This document shows, one piece after another, positions 25,801-34,334 of a stretch of 64,000 nucleotides of DNA. How positions within the stretch are numbered: the stretch's first letter is position 1; each line of letters opens with the position of its first letter. Where the stretch lies: assembly GCA_038321775.1 (NCBI GenBank), contig JBBQFI010000014.1, forward strand, positions 536 to 64,535, given 5' to 3'. A program made the position numbers and the translations under genes. Source of the DNA: Chthoniobacterales bacterium (GTDB lineage Bacteria; Verrucomicrobiota; Verrucomicrobiia; Chthoniobacterales; UBA10450). Below the pieces are notes generated by a model. That model ran no database searches and was not told the DNA's origin. It saw only the letters and a program-made list of their open reading frames with translations.

Positions 25801-27503
25801 CCCATCTCGTCATCGCGACATGGGAAGCGGTACGTGTGTGGGATGTGCAAAGCGGGAAGTCGTTAGGCACGGCGATTCCGCACGAAGGCGCGATCAAGTC
25901 GGCCGGTTTCACACCGAACGGCGCGGCTATTTTCACGGCCACTTGGGATAACGTGGTGCGGCTGTGGAATTGGCAGACAGGCGAAGCGCTCGCGGCGCCG
26001 CTGCATCATGGCGATTATGTGAACTCTGTCGTCTTCAACGCGGACGGCTCGAAAATTTTAACTGCATCCAAAGACCGCACGGCATGTTTGTGGGACGCGA
26101 AAACCGGAAGGGAAATCGCGGAGCCGATGCAGCACGACGCGGCGGTACTGGCGGCGACGTTTAGCCGCGACGGCGGAAACGTTTTCACGATTGCGGGCGA
26201 TTACGATGGGCGCGGGACGAGCGCGACGTGGGAAGTGCGCGACGGCCGCGCGCTCGTGCAAACGATGTCGCACCAGGATGGTGTCACTTCCATCGAGTTT
26301 AACGGCGACGGCAGCAAAATTCTTTCGGCGTCGAAAGACAACACCGCACGTATCTGGAACGTGCAAACTGGCCAGCCGATCACGCCGCCTCTGCCACACG
26401 ACGACGCCGTGCAATGCGCGACGTTCAGTCCTGATGGCGACAAGGTGCTTACTGGTTCCCTGGATAAAACGGCGCGCTTATGGGATGCGAAAACGGGCGC
26501 ACCGATCGGCGAGCCTTTGCGACACGACGATAGCGTGCAAGCGATCGCGTTTAGTCCCGATGGCGCGCACATCGCGACGGCTTCGAGTGATAAGACCGCG
26601 CGCATTTGGAACACGAACGCGCCGCGCGATCCGTTAATTTTGCGACATGCCGACGCAGTGACGTCGGTAAACTTCAGCCCAGATGGGCGCCGCCTTGTCA
26701 CGGCCGGCGCGGATAACACCGCGCGCGTGTGGGACGCGCAAAGCGGAAAGGAAATTCTTTCGCCATTACGTCACGACGTGGCCATGGAGGGCAGCCACGA
26801 GGCCGGTGTGGTCAGCGCAATGTTCAGTCCCGATGGAAAACTGATCGTGACTGCGAGCAAAGATAACACCGCGCGCATCTGGAATGCGCAGACCGGCGCG
26901 TCGATCGGCACGCCGATGCGGCACCACGCGTACGTTGTTTCGGCTGCGTTTAGCGCCGATAGCCGCCGGGTTCTCACCGCGGCGGGCGAATTCGGAAAGC
27001 CCGGTTCGGCACGCATTTGGGATGCGGCAAACGGACACGCCTTGATCGAACCGCTGCCGCACGATGATGGCGTGACAACGACGGCGTTCAATCGCGAAGG
27101 AACGCGTGTGATCACATCTTCGTACGACAAAACCGCGCGGCTCTGGGATCCGGAAACCGGCCGCTCCCTGAGCGATCCATTTCGTCACGAACAACTCGTG
27201 ACCTCGGCGAAATTCAGTCCAAATGGAAAACAAATCGCGACCGCCTCACTGGATGGCATGATTCGCGTCTGGGAAGTTTTTGCGGCGGACGAACAATTTC
27301 GTTCTCTCGCGGCCGATCTCGCGGAAAGCGTGGGCCGTGTGCATTTGAATGCTCTCGGAATTCCCGAACCCGCGACCGCAAAGATTCCCGAAATAAACGC
27401 CTCGCCATTTCTGCAATGGTTCCTGGCCGATCGCTCCACACGCGCGCTCGCGCCCTCTCTTGCGCAAACGGCACGCTCGTTAGGCGAACAGGTGCGAAAT
27501 TGA
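22866..27503 (+). CDS. Large STAND-type NTPase: N-terminal DUF4062-like domain, P-loop NTPase, one TM helix, about 15 C-terminal WD40 repeats
   Basis: KRIRIFISSPSDLTEER (DUF4062-like), Walker A VLVTGASGLGKSSL (DNA 23661..23684), Walker B-like LVLILDQLEE, and a hydrophobic helix LMTLAAVFLALAILSGVGAFFGF (25066..25134). These are followed by repeated SPDG...D.TARIWD units. Confidence 0.85.
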   Translation: MATAAQESKWKRIRIFISSPSDLTEERLAGERVVERLQAEFLGAAVLEPILWEDLPLTAERAFQDQIPLPAEVEIVVLMLWSRLGSRLHSKYKSGTGEAPTGTLFEFRNALEGRKRTNRFPDIMVYRKTAEPPKASIRDPQARRKEEDEWRKVDDFFARTFIDQREGVFTGAFHQFTRTMEFEAVFEKHLRKLVRSHLADATQEVASSQIRWPWDIKRQGSPFRGLGYFDFEHAPIFFGRAEAATSVRNALRSQAANGKAFVLVTGASGLGKSSLVRAGVVPGMVQPGVVEGVSLWRRAVVGPKFESGDLFLELATGLLRDGALPELVSAQQIDAPKLAAQLRSSPAAAVFKIEAGLSLVTTEARVREEAKLQAKITDLEKSGDLAQAAELQEMAAHILQPQARLVLILDQLEEIFTTAGVSAEEREKFIAAIDAMARSGLVSVIATLRSDFHGRLSELPQLVELMEGAGEYIVRPPTREELGQMIRLPALAAGLRFQERSKKNIGLDEILRDEASSNPQALPLLEFALDEIYRRREPQPDGTALLTVSAYAKLRTIRGALGLKAEETFRSLGAEAQEAFGKVMRGIVTLSLEENSTFTRRWANYSQLTASPAAATFVDAFIKNRLFVADATKDDMRGSVSVAHEALFTSWPRLRRWLHGESDFLKRRARLAQEVALWNEQKQEAAYLLEGRALQDALVLIEDHRSDLTAEEITFIERSRHAFELKARRRQRALMTLAAVFLALAILSGVGAFFGFRGEGRARVAQRSAESEKSAAQKTLSRSDFFQAGRLLENNDASHALAYLARALRVDPANRAASDMISALLLQRNWPLLIGPKVPFEASILTASFSPDASKAATISYDNTVRIWNTKTGGALTPPLTQQSPAFSVVFSPDGKSVLIACYDYTARIWSAETGQPIGPVMKHDGSLESAVFSDDGKTIVTTSNDKGFLWESKTGLAAREPIQADGQVNYAAFSPDGTHLVIATWEAVRVWDVQSGKSLGTAIPHEGAIKSAGFTPNGAAIFTATWDNVVRLWNWQTGEALAAPLHHGDYVNSVVFNADGSKILTASKDRTACLWDAKTGREIAEPMQHDAAVLAATFSRDGGNVFTIAGDYDGRGTSATWEVRDGRALVQTMSHQDGVTSIEFNGDGSKILSASKDNTARIWNVQTGQPITPPLPHDDAVQCATFSPDGDKVLTGSLDKTARLWDAKTGAPIGEPLRHDDSVQAIAFSPDGAHIATASSDKTARIWNTNAPRDPLILRHADAVTSVNFSPDGRRLVTAGADNTARVWDAQSGKEILSPLRHDVAMEGSHEAGVVSAMFSPDGKLIVTASKDNTARIWNAQTGASIGTPMRHHAYVVSAAFSADSRRVLTAAGEFGKPGSARIWDAANGHALIEPLPHDDGVTTTAFNREGTRVITSSYDKTARLWDPETGRSLSDPFRHEQLVTSAKFSPNGKQIATASLDGMIRVWEVFAADEQFRSLAADLAESVGRVHLNALGIPEPATAKIPEINASPFLQWFLADRSTRALAPSLAQTARSLGEQVRN
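25390..27277 (+). repeat. Tandem WD40-repeat coding array (about 15 units of about 126 nt)
   Basis: Recurrent ...FSPDG..(I/L).T(A/G)S.D.TARIW(D/N)..TG... at the protein level, and recurring accgcgcgcatttgg-like strings at the DNA level. Confidence 0.8.
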
Positions 27504-27540
27504 AATTGAACAAATCCCCCTAACCACCAATAATCCGCCA

Positions 27541-28038
27541 ATGAAAATACTGCGCCGCGCCTTCCTGCTCGCTTGTGGCCTAACGACTATTGCTTTGGCG
27601 CACGCCCGAGTTTTTGACGGCGAAAAACAATACGAAACACTCTTCGGTGCGGACACCAACAAGGCGATTCAGTTCACGCCACCGCACAAGCTCGCCATTT
27701 ATCGGCACAAGCGCTACGTGATCCTCGCGTTGTTCGATGGCGCAAGGAGTGAGGGCGAATTCATCATGCGCAGCAGTGGCCGCCTTTCCGAAACGGACGT
27801 GAACGGCATCCTCTCGGTCAACCAGGGCTCGTCCTCGTGGAAAAAACAGAAGATCGATACTTCGAAGGATCCGAACCTGGTGCAGGCCGGCCTTTGGATG
27901 CGCGGAGACGGAAAGCTTTTTGCACTCTCCGGCCTAACGAACGGTAACGCGTTTCTTTTGATCGGAACAAAACGCGGCGGCGAGATTTTATTTAAGGAAA
28001 AAGATAAATTGCCGGCGGCGGCCGCGGCAAAGAAGTAA
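27541..28038 (+). CDS. Hypothetical secreted protein
   Basis: 165 aa. Signal peptide MKILRRAFLLACGLTTIALAHA and no recognisable domain. Lies 37 nt downstream of, and co-oriented with, the STAND-WD40 gene. Confidence 0.5.
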   Translation: MKILRRAFLLACGLTTIALAHARVFDGEKQYETLFGADTNKAIQFTPPHKLAIYRHKRYVILALFDGARSEGEFIMRSSGRLSETDVNGILSVNQGSSSWKKQKIDTSKDPNLVQAGLWMRGDGKLFALSGLTNGNAFLLIGTKRGGEILFKEKDKLPAAAAAKK

Positions 28039-28049
28039 AAGGACGCCCC

Positions 28050-28631
28050 TTAGGTTTTTCGCACGCCGAAAGTGCGCGGCAGATTCGCGGCGCGTGAGAG
28101 CAGATGCATATATTGACTTCGCGGAATCTCGATGCCGCCAAATTGCAGCAAGTGCGGCGTGAGCCATTGTGTGTCGAGCAAGGTGAATTTTTTTGCGCGT
28201 AACCGCTCGACCAACCCACACAGCGCGATCTTCGATGCGTCCCTCACGTGATGAAACATCGACTCGCCAAAAAATGCCGCACCGGACGAAACGCCGTAAA
28301 GGCCGCCCACAAGTTTACCGTCGGCCCATGCCTCGACTGAATGTGCATGACCGAGTTCGTGCAGCCGTGTGTAACTTTCGATAATCTCGTGATTGATCCA
28401 CGTATCCGGCCGCTGCGCACAGGCCTGCATCACTTCAGCAAATCGAGTATTGATCCGGATCTCAAAAAGATTTTTGCGGAACGTTCGATCGAGGGCGTGG
28501 GGAATATGAAAATTGTGCAACGGAAGAATTCCGCGCGGTTCCGGTGAGAACCATTCGATGCGCCCATCTTCCATTGCCATGGGAAAAACGCCGAGCCGAT
28601 ATCCCTCCAATAAAAGCTCGGGTTCGATCAT
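28050..28631 (-). CDS. aat: Leucyl/phenylalanyl-tRNA--protein transferase
   Basis: 193 aa. LLEGYRLGVFPM, WFSPEPRGILP and GGLYGVSSGAAFFGESMFH motifs. Confidence 0.9.
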   Translation of the reverse strand: MIEPELLLEGYRLGVFPMAMEDGRIEWFSPEPRGILPLHNFHIPHALDRTFRKNLFEIRINTRFAEVMQACAQRPDTWINHEIIESYTRLHELGHAHSVEAWADGKLVGGLYGVSSGAAFFGESMFHHVRDASKIALCGLVERLRAKKFTLLDTQWLTPHLLQFGGIEIPRSQYMHLLSRAANLPRTFGVRKT

Positions 28632-28748
28632 CGATTTGTCGCAGCACTCAAAACGTTAAAACAGACAACGGCTCCATCGCTTTAACTTTCGAACGATTCA
28701 ACCCGCAACGTTCTTGCCAACAACAAAGCATGCTTCTAATCTTGACGA

Positions 28749-28973
28749 ATGAAACGCGCGCTCGCTTCCCTGGCGATGATCGGCGCGCTCATGTTCGGCA
28801 GTTGCGCCGATGAACTCGAACAACAAACGCCCGACGAAGTAGGTCAGCGTTTGCAACGTGGTTTTAAAGGTGAAGGCACGATCGGCCCGCGCGATCGCAG
28901 TGACGATCCTTATGTGCGCGGGAACGATCCAAGCATTCCGATCGAGCACAATCAAGAGCCGCCGCCACCGTGA
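28749..28973 (+). CDS. Small putative lipoprotein
   Basis: 74 aa with a lipobox-like ALMFGSC. Overlaps the guaA start by 4 nt (ATGA). No homology was recognised. Confidence 0.4.
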   Translation: MKRALASLAMIGALMFGSCADELEQQTPDEVGQRLQRGFKGEGTIGPRDRSDDPYVRGNDPSIPIEHNQEPPPP

Positions 28974-30553
28974 AGAGCAAAGCGGTTGCCGCTCATTCAG
29001 AGATCCTAATTCTTGATTTCGGTTCGCAGTACACTCAGGTAATCGCACGCCGTATTCGCGAATGTCAGGTTTATTCCGAGATCGTTCGGTTCAATATCAC
29101 GGCCGCTGAAGTGGCCGAATCAAAACCGAACGGCATCATTCTCTCAGGCGGCCCGGCCAGCGTTTACGACGAACGCGCGCCTCAGATTGATCCGCAGATC
29201 TTCTCGTTAGGCATTCCCGTTCTCGGAATTTGCTACGGCATGCAACTCATGGCGCATCATCTGCAGGGACAGGTCGAATTCAGCGCACGACGCGAATATG
29301 GCGCTGGCCTTTTGCACGTCAACAAGGGCTCCGCGCTCTTCGATGGAGTCGGACCGCAGATTGATATCTGGAGCAGTCACGGTGATAAACTCACCGGACT
29401 TCCACCGGGGTTCAGCGCAGTTGCGCACACAGAAAATTCCAAATTCGCCGCCATCGAAGATCCGGCGCGCAAACTTTACGGCCTGCAATTTCATCCTGAA
29501 GTCGCGCATACACCGCGCGGCAAGGATATCCTGCAAAACTTCGTCTTCCATATCTGCCACTGCGCGATGGATTGGACAATGGGGTCGTTCATCGAGCAAA
29601 CTTGCGTGCGCGTGCAGCGACAGGTGGGCGAAGAAAAAGTTGTGCTCGGCTTGAGCGGCGGGGTCGATTCCTCTGTCGTGGCTGCGCTCTTGCATAAGGC
29701 GATTGGCGATCAGCTCACTTGCATTTTCGTGAACAACGGATTGTTGCGCGCGCGCGAAGAAGAAATGGTGCAGCGCGTTTTCGGCGAGAATTTTCACATC
29801 AAATTGAAATACGTCGATGCCTCGGAGCGTTTCTTAAATGCGCTCAAAGGCGTGACCGATCCGGAAACGAAACGCAAAATCATCGGCAACGAATTCATCG
29901 CCGTATTTCAACACGCGACCGAAGAATTGTTAGCCGAAGGCAACGACAAGGACGGTGGCTACCGCTTTCTCGCGCAGGGAACTCTTTATCCCGATGTGAT
30001 CGAAAGTGTTTCCATCGGTGGGAATCCCGCGCACGTAATCAAAAGCCATCACAATGTGGGTGGGCTGCCGGAGAAAATGCACTTCGAACTCGTGGAACCG
30101 GTGCGGCAATTATTTAAGGACGAAGTGCGCCAGGCTGGACGGCAGCTTGGATTGCCTAAGGAAATCGTCGACCGCCAGCCTTTCCCCGGGCCGGGCCTCG
30201 CTGTGCGCATTCTCGGCGAGGTCACACCGGAACGTCTGCGCATTTTGCGCGAAGCCGATACGATCGTGACGAGCGAAATGGAAGCGAGCGATTGGTATTA
30301 TCGCGTTTGGCAATCGTTCGCCGTTTTGTTGCCGGTGCAATCGGTCGGTGTCATGGGCGATCAGCGCACGTATGAAAACACGGTAGCGCTACGCGTCGTC
30401 GAAAGTCAGGATGGGATGACCGCGGATTGGGTGCGCCTGCCTTACGACCTGCTTGCGCGCATTTCCAATCGCATCAGCAACGAAGTCAAAGGCGTCAACC
30501 GCGTCGTCTACGACATCTCGAGTAAACCACCGAGCACGATCGAGTGGGAGTGA
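28970..30553 (+). CDS. guaA: GMP synthase (glutamine-hydrolysing)
   Basis: 527 aa. GATase (GICYGMQL), ATP-PPase P-loop (LSGGVDSSV) and a conserved C-terminus (PPSTIEWE). Confidence 0.95.
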   Translation: MKSKAVAAHSEILILDFGSQYTQVIARRIRECQVYSEIVRFNITAAEVAESKPNGIILSGGPASVYDERAPQIDPQIFSLGIPVLGICYGMQLMAHHLQGQVEFSARREYGAGLLHVNKGSALFDGVGPQIDIWSSHGDKLTGLPPGFSAVAHTENSKFAAIEDPARKLYGLQFHPEVAHTPRGKDILQNFVFHICHCAMDWTMGSFIEQTCVRVQRQVGEEKVVLGLSGGVDSSVVAALLHKAIGDQLTCIFVNNGLLRAREEEMVQRVFGENFHIKLKYVDASERFLNALKGVTDPETKRKIIGNEFIAVFQHATEELLAEGNDKDGGYRFLAQGTLYPDVIESVSIGGNPAHVIKSHHNVGGLPEKMHFELVEPVRQLFKDEVRQAGRQLGLPKEIVDRQPFPGPGLAVRILGEVTPERLRILREADTIVTSEMEASDWYYRVWQSFAVLLPVQSVGVMGDQRTYENTVALRVVESQDGMTADWVRLPYDLLARISNRISNEVKGVNRVVYDISSKPPSTIEWE

Positions 30554-30570
30554 TTCCTCGTTAGGCGCAA

Positions 30571-31434
30571 GTGATGGACGCGTCCGCGAAGGAAGGAGCG
30601 TGGCTGGAAACAGTCGATAGCGAAATCCACGAGCTCCAGGGAAGTTGTTCGCTCGGACGGGCCGACGTTAACACGATCGTGATTGATTCGCCGAAAGTAT
30701 CGCGACAACACGCCGTCATTCATTTGCAAAACATGGGCGAGTTTTGGTTGATCGATTTCGGCAGCAGCAACGGAACGTTCGTAAACAAGCGGCGCGTTCA
30801 GCAACCGGTGCGCTTGAATGACAACGATCAAATCAGCATTGGCGATCGCGTTTTTACATTCCGACAGGACGTTGCGCCGCTCGAATACAGACGAATGGCA
30901 GCGCAGCAAACAGTGCGCGAGATCGAAAATATTCCCTGCTGGTTGCTCGTCGCGGACATTCGCAATTTCACGACGTTAAGTCGCAACCTGCACAGTGAAG
31001 GTCTCGATCTTCTGATCGGAGGATGGATCGCGGCCTGCAAAGAAATTATCGAGCAGCATCACGGAACGATTAATAAATATCTCGGCGACGGTTTTCTGGC
31101 CTACTGGACGGAGAACGCGATCAGGCCTGAAGAAATGGCTGCGATTCTCTCCGCCTTCAAAGAGCTGCAGAAAAAAAATGCGCCGGAGTTTCGTGTCGTC
31201 GTGCATTTCGGACAGGTGTCGATCGGTGGTGTCGCATCGATGGGCGAAGGAAGTTTAATGGGGAAAGAAGTGAACCTGATTTTTCGCTTGGAAAAACTTG
31301 CGGGTTCGTTAGGGGAAAGCTGCGGACTGAGCGAAAAAGCGCAGGCCAAGCTTGGAGACTTGATGCCGGCACGGCGACTTGGTGACTACGAGCTAAAAGG
31401 TTTCGATGGAAAATCCGCGTTTTTTGCAGCCTGA
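30571..31434 (+). CDS. FHA-domain adenylate/guanylate cyclase
   Basis: 287 aa. N-terminal FHA (CSLGRADVNTIVIDSPKVSRQHAVI...GSSNGTFVN) and a class III cyclase core (LVADIRNFTTLS...KYLGDGFLAYW). Confidence 0.8.
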   Translation: MMDASAKEGAWLETVDSEIHELQGSCSLGRADVNTIVIDSPKVSRQHAVIHLQNMGEFWLIDFGSSNGTFVNKRRVQQPVRLNDNDQISIGDRVFTFRQDVAPLEYRRMAAQQTVREIENIPCWLLVADIRNFTTLSRNLHSEGLDLLIGGWIAACKEIIEQHHGTINKYLGDGFLAYWTENAIRPEEMAAILSAFKELQKKNAPEFRVVVHFGQVSIGGVASMGEGSLMGKEVNLIFRLEKLAGSLGESCGLSEKAQAKLGDLMPARRLGDYELKGFDGKSAFFAA

Positions 31435-31447
31435 TCGCAAACGGCGA

Positions 31448-31984
31448 TCATGGGTTTTGCAATGAACGATACATCACATAAACGTCGACGTATCCTCGCG
31501 CAGAATGATGAAAAGCGCCCGGCAACGTTCCGACGATTTTGAAACCAAGATTTCGCCAAAGGTGTAACGCCGGTTCGTTGGTCGAGACGACAAAATTGAA
31601 TTGCATCGCTTGGAAGCCGGCACGGCGCGCTTCGCTCAGGCAATGTTCAGCCATGGCGCGTCCAACGCCGAAGCCACGCGCAACCGTCGCGACCATGAAC
31701 GCAGCGTTGGCAACATGAGCGCCGGCCGCGGGTTGATTCGCCCGCAATAAGTAAGTGCCGACAACATTCTCGTCCTGTTCGGCGACGTAGGTGCGCGTGT
31801 CGGATCGAATCCAGTAGTCGAGCGCATCTTTGCGCGACATCTGGGGATCGAAGGAATAGGTGTCGCCGGCAACAACGACCGCGTGGAAAATATTCCAGAT
31901 CGCATCGCGATCTTCATTTGTCGCGGGTCGAATGTTCAGCACAGTCTTGATTAAATCCGATTCTCCGTGTCGGCAAAAATCCAA
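31448..31984 (-). CDS. GNAT-family N-acetyltransferase
   Basis: 178 aa. Acetyl-CoA binding motif A (ARGFGVGRAMAEH) and IRPATNEDRDAIWNIF at the N-terminus. Confidence 0.8.
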   Translation of the reverse strand: MDFCRHGESDLIKTVLNIRPATNEDRDAIWNIFHAVVVAGDTYSFDPQMSRKDALDYWIRSDTRTYVAEQDENVVGTYLLRANQPAAGAHVANAAFMVATVARGFGVGRAMAEHCLSEARRAGFQAMQFNFVVSTNEPALHLWRNLGFKIVGTLPGAFHHSARGYVDVYVMYRSLQNP

Positions 31985-31989
31985 TCTCC

Positions 31990-32514
31990 ATGAAATTTCT
32001 CGTAATCAGCACGAGCGCAAATCCAGACAGCAACAGCCGGAAGATGGGACAGCTCGCCTTTGATTATCTGAAGAAGGCGAATGTTGATTGTCGCTGGCTC
32101 GATACGCGCGAACTGAATCTGCCGATCTGTGATGCCGATACCTGCTACGCCGATCCCGCCGTGAAAGATATTGCGGCAGCGATCACAGCGGCAGATGGAA
32201 TTTTAATCGCGGCTCCTGTTTATAATTTCGATGTGAGCGCTGCAGCCAAAAACATGATCGAACTGACTGGCAAAGCGTGGAACGAGAAGATTGTCGGTTT
32301 TCTTTGCGCGGCCGGCGGACAAGGCAGTTACATGTCGGTGATGGCTTATGCGAACAGTCTCATGCTCGACTTTCGCTGCACGATCATCCCGCGATTTGTT
32401 TTCGCTACGGGCGAAGCGTTCGGCGACGATGGCAAGCCCTATCGACAGGTGACGAAGCGCATTCAAGATCTCGCGCTTGAAGTGATTCGCTATGTTCGCG
32501 GGCTGCGCGGCTAA
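31990..32514 (+). CDS. NADPH-dependent FMN reductase family protein
   Basis: 174 aa flavodoxin-like protein (MKFLVISTSANPDSNSRK..., APVYNFDVSAAAKN). Confidence 0.8.
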   Translation: MKFLVISTSANPDSNSRKMGQLAFDYLKKANVDCRWLDTRELNLPICDADTCYADPAVKDIAAAITAADGILIAAPVYNFDVSAAAKNMIELTGKAWNEKIVGFLCAAGGQGSYMSVMAYANSLMLDFRCTIIPRFVFATGEAFGDDGKPYRQVTKRIQDLALEVIRYVRGLRG

Positions 32515-33536
32515 AGCAGCTGAGCAAAACTTCGGTGGATCGCGGCGCGAGCGCGCACGGCCGCTTTGTTTTCGATCTCAAACGGGAGCGACATCAGTCG
32601 TAAGGCAAACGGCACCAGCGCTCGTTTGTCGTTAGGCAATTGGATTGCACCGATATTTCCGCCGTCAATTTTGCGGAACGGCCAGTTTTGAAAAAACCAT
32701 TCAGCCCCATACGGCATGGCGAAAGGCGTCGGCTCTCCTGATGCCTTCATTTTTTTCCCCAGGGAACCAAGGTGAATATCGTGGAGCACGATCCAGCCGT
32801 CGGCGTCGACAAAAGGCGCGACGCGCAAGACATCGAGCAGAACCCGGGGATGACGATGATCCGCGTCGATAAAAGCAACCTTTAACTCGTTAGGCTGCGA
32901 AAGTTTGGCCACGAAACTGGAATCGTGCGGAACATGAAGCCGAATCATGCTCGCAAAATCGGGGAAGAGACTCTGAATTTCGAAACCGGAAAGCTTTGTC
33001 TCGTCGACGAACCACTGAGTATTAAGGTCGATCGTGTCCACACAGGCGGCGCCATCTTTGCCGTGTCGACGACTTAGCGCAGCCGCGATGATTGCAGCGG
33101 AAAATCCTGTAGATGTTCCGATCTCGATTACACGGGGTGGCGCCAGAATGCCGACTAACGCCGTAAGGAAAAAGAAATCGTTCACTCCGATCCCGCCGGG
33201 ATACCAAATAGTTCGGTGCACCATGGCATCGAGGAATTCCGTCTCGCCCATCGGCGGTATTTGTTCGGGGCGACCCAACATTTTCGCGAGTTGCGAATAT
33301 TTGGCTCCATATTCGGCGAGCGAATCGAACGCGCATGATTCCTCAGGTACACTGCGCGACTCGCTGCGAAAAATCGACGGCAACAAATGGAGCAACTTCC
33401 ATCGGTCACGACCCGAAACTCCGCGAAACGCATTCCAGAAAGTTGAGAAGGGAGTTCTCAATTCGCAGTTCCGTTGCGCAATTCTACGACCGAGCCTCTG
33501 TGCTAACAGCTGTTCTGCGCAGCAGAAGAACGACAC
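32511..33536 (-). CDS. Class I SAM-dependent methyltransferase-like protein
   Basis: VIEIGTSTGFSAAIIAAAL (motif I) and VAFIDADHRH...WIVLHDI. The 5' end overlaps the upstream gene by 53 nt, so the true start may be further downstream. Confidence 0.55.
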   Translation of the reverse strand: MSFFCCAEQLLAQRLGRRIAQRNCELRTPFSTFWNAFRGVSGRDRWKLLHLLPSIFRSESRSVPEESCAFDSLAEYGAKYSQLAKMLGRPEQIPPMGETEFLDAMVHRTIWYPGGIGVNDFFFLTALVGILAPPRVIEIGTSTGFSAAIIAAALSRRHGKDGAACVDTIDLNTQWFVDETKLSGFEIQSLFPDFASMIRLHVPHDSSFVAKLSQPNELKVAFIDADHRHPRVLLDVLRVAPFVDADGWIVLHDIHLGSLGKKMKASGEPTPFAMPYGAEWFFQNWPFRKIDGGNIGAIQLPNDKRALVPFALRLMSLPFEIENKAAVRARAAIHRSFAQLL

Positions 33537-33906
33537 CGATCAGAATAATAAGATTCAGCGCGAGATGAGCTATAAAGCCAAGGTTATCACTCGCGTATCC
33601 GAAGCATCCGCAGGTGATATCAATTCCGCGCACTTTCGCCGAAATAGTTGCGCCGATGAAAACAAGCGTGAGGGCCAGAAGAGTAACGAGACCGCCTGCG
33701 TACAACCGTCGGAATATAACCGCGGCGCCGCACAAAATTTCCAGCCACGGCAAATAGAACGCGAGTCGAACGCCAAGTGCCCATGGAATCACATGATAGT
33801 TCTCGATGTCGCTCGCGAAACGGATTGGTTCCATCGCCTTTAATACGCCGGCATAAATGAAAATTCCGCCAACGACGAAATCGACGATGCGCCAGAACAA
33901 GTTCAT
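33484..33906 (-). CDS. MauE/DoxX-family membrane protein
   Basis: 140 aa with 4 TM helices, FIYAGVLKAMEP and a C-terminal CGCFG motif typical of the MauE family. Confidence 0.7.
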   Translation of the reverse strand: MNLFWRIVDFVVGGIFIYAGVLKAMEPIRFASDIENYHVIPWALGVRLAFYLPWLEILCGAAVIFRRLYAGGLVTLLALTLVFIGATISAKVRGIDITCGCFGYASDNLGFIAHLALNLIILIGVVLLLRRTAVSTEARS

Positions 33907-34331
33907 CTTTCCGCGGCGCGCAATGCTTCCCAGCCGCCATCGAGCACGAACACATTCTTGAGTTGTGCTTCCTTGCGCAAACGTTCCGCCACTGCGCGGC
34001 TCGCACTGCAGCCTTCCGCGCTACAGTAGACAACGATCAATTTTTCCGGCGACCAGGCGGCGAGAACATCGGGCAACTGTTCATTCCAGCGATCTTCGTT
34101 TAACGACAACGCGCTTCGGAAATGCTCATGCGCAAATTCTCGATCCGGCCGCGCGTCTATCCACAGCACTCGCGATCCCCAACTCTTCGCCTGTTCTACC
34201 GTCACCCGCTCGGAAGACGGGACGGGCGATTGCCACGAGACGCGCCCGCGGAAATACAACGCTTCTCCGATCGCCGGCACGAAGGCGAGCACGAGCAGCA
34301 ATAAAATCTGTCTCGTTGGAAAACCGCGCAC
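33903..34331 (-). CDS. Membrane-anchored rhodanese-domain protein
   Basis: 142 aa. N-terminal TM helix, a rhodanese fold with active-site loop (VYCSAEGCSASR), and WIDARPDREF. Confidence 0.8.
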   Translation of the reverse strand: MRGFPTRQILLLLVLAFVPAIGEALYFRGRVSWQSPVPSSERVTVEQAKSWGSRVLWIDARPDREFAHEHFRSALSLNEDRWNEQLPDVLAAWSPEKLIVVYCSAEGCSASRAVAERLRKEAQLKNVFVLDGGWEALRAAER

Positions 34332-34334
34332 TAC

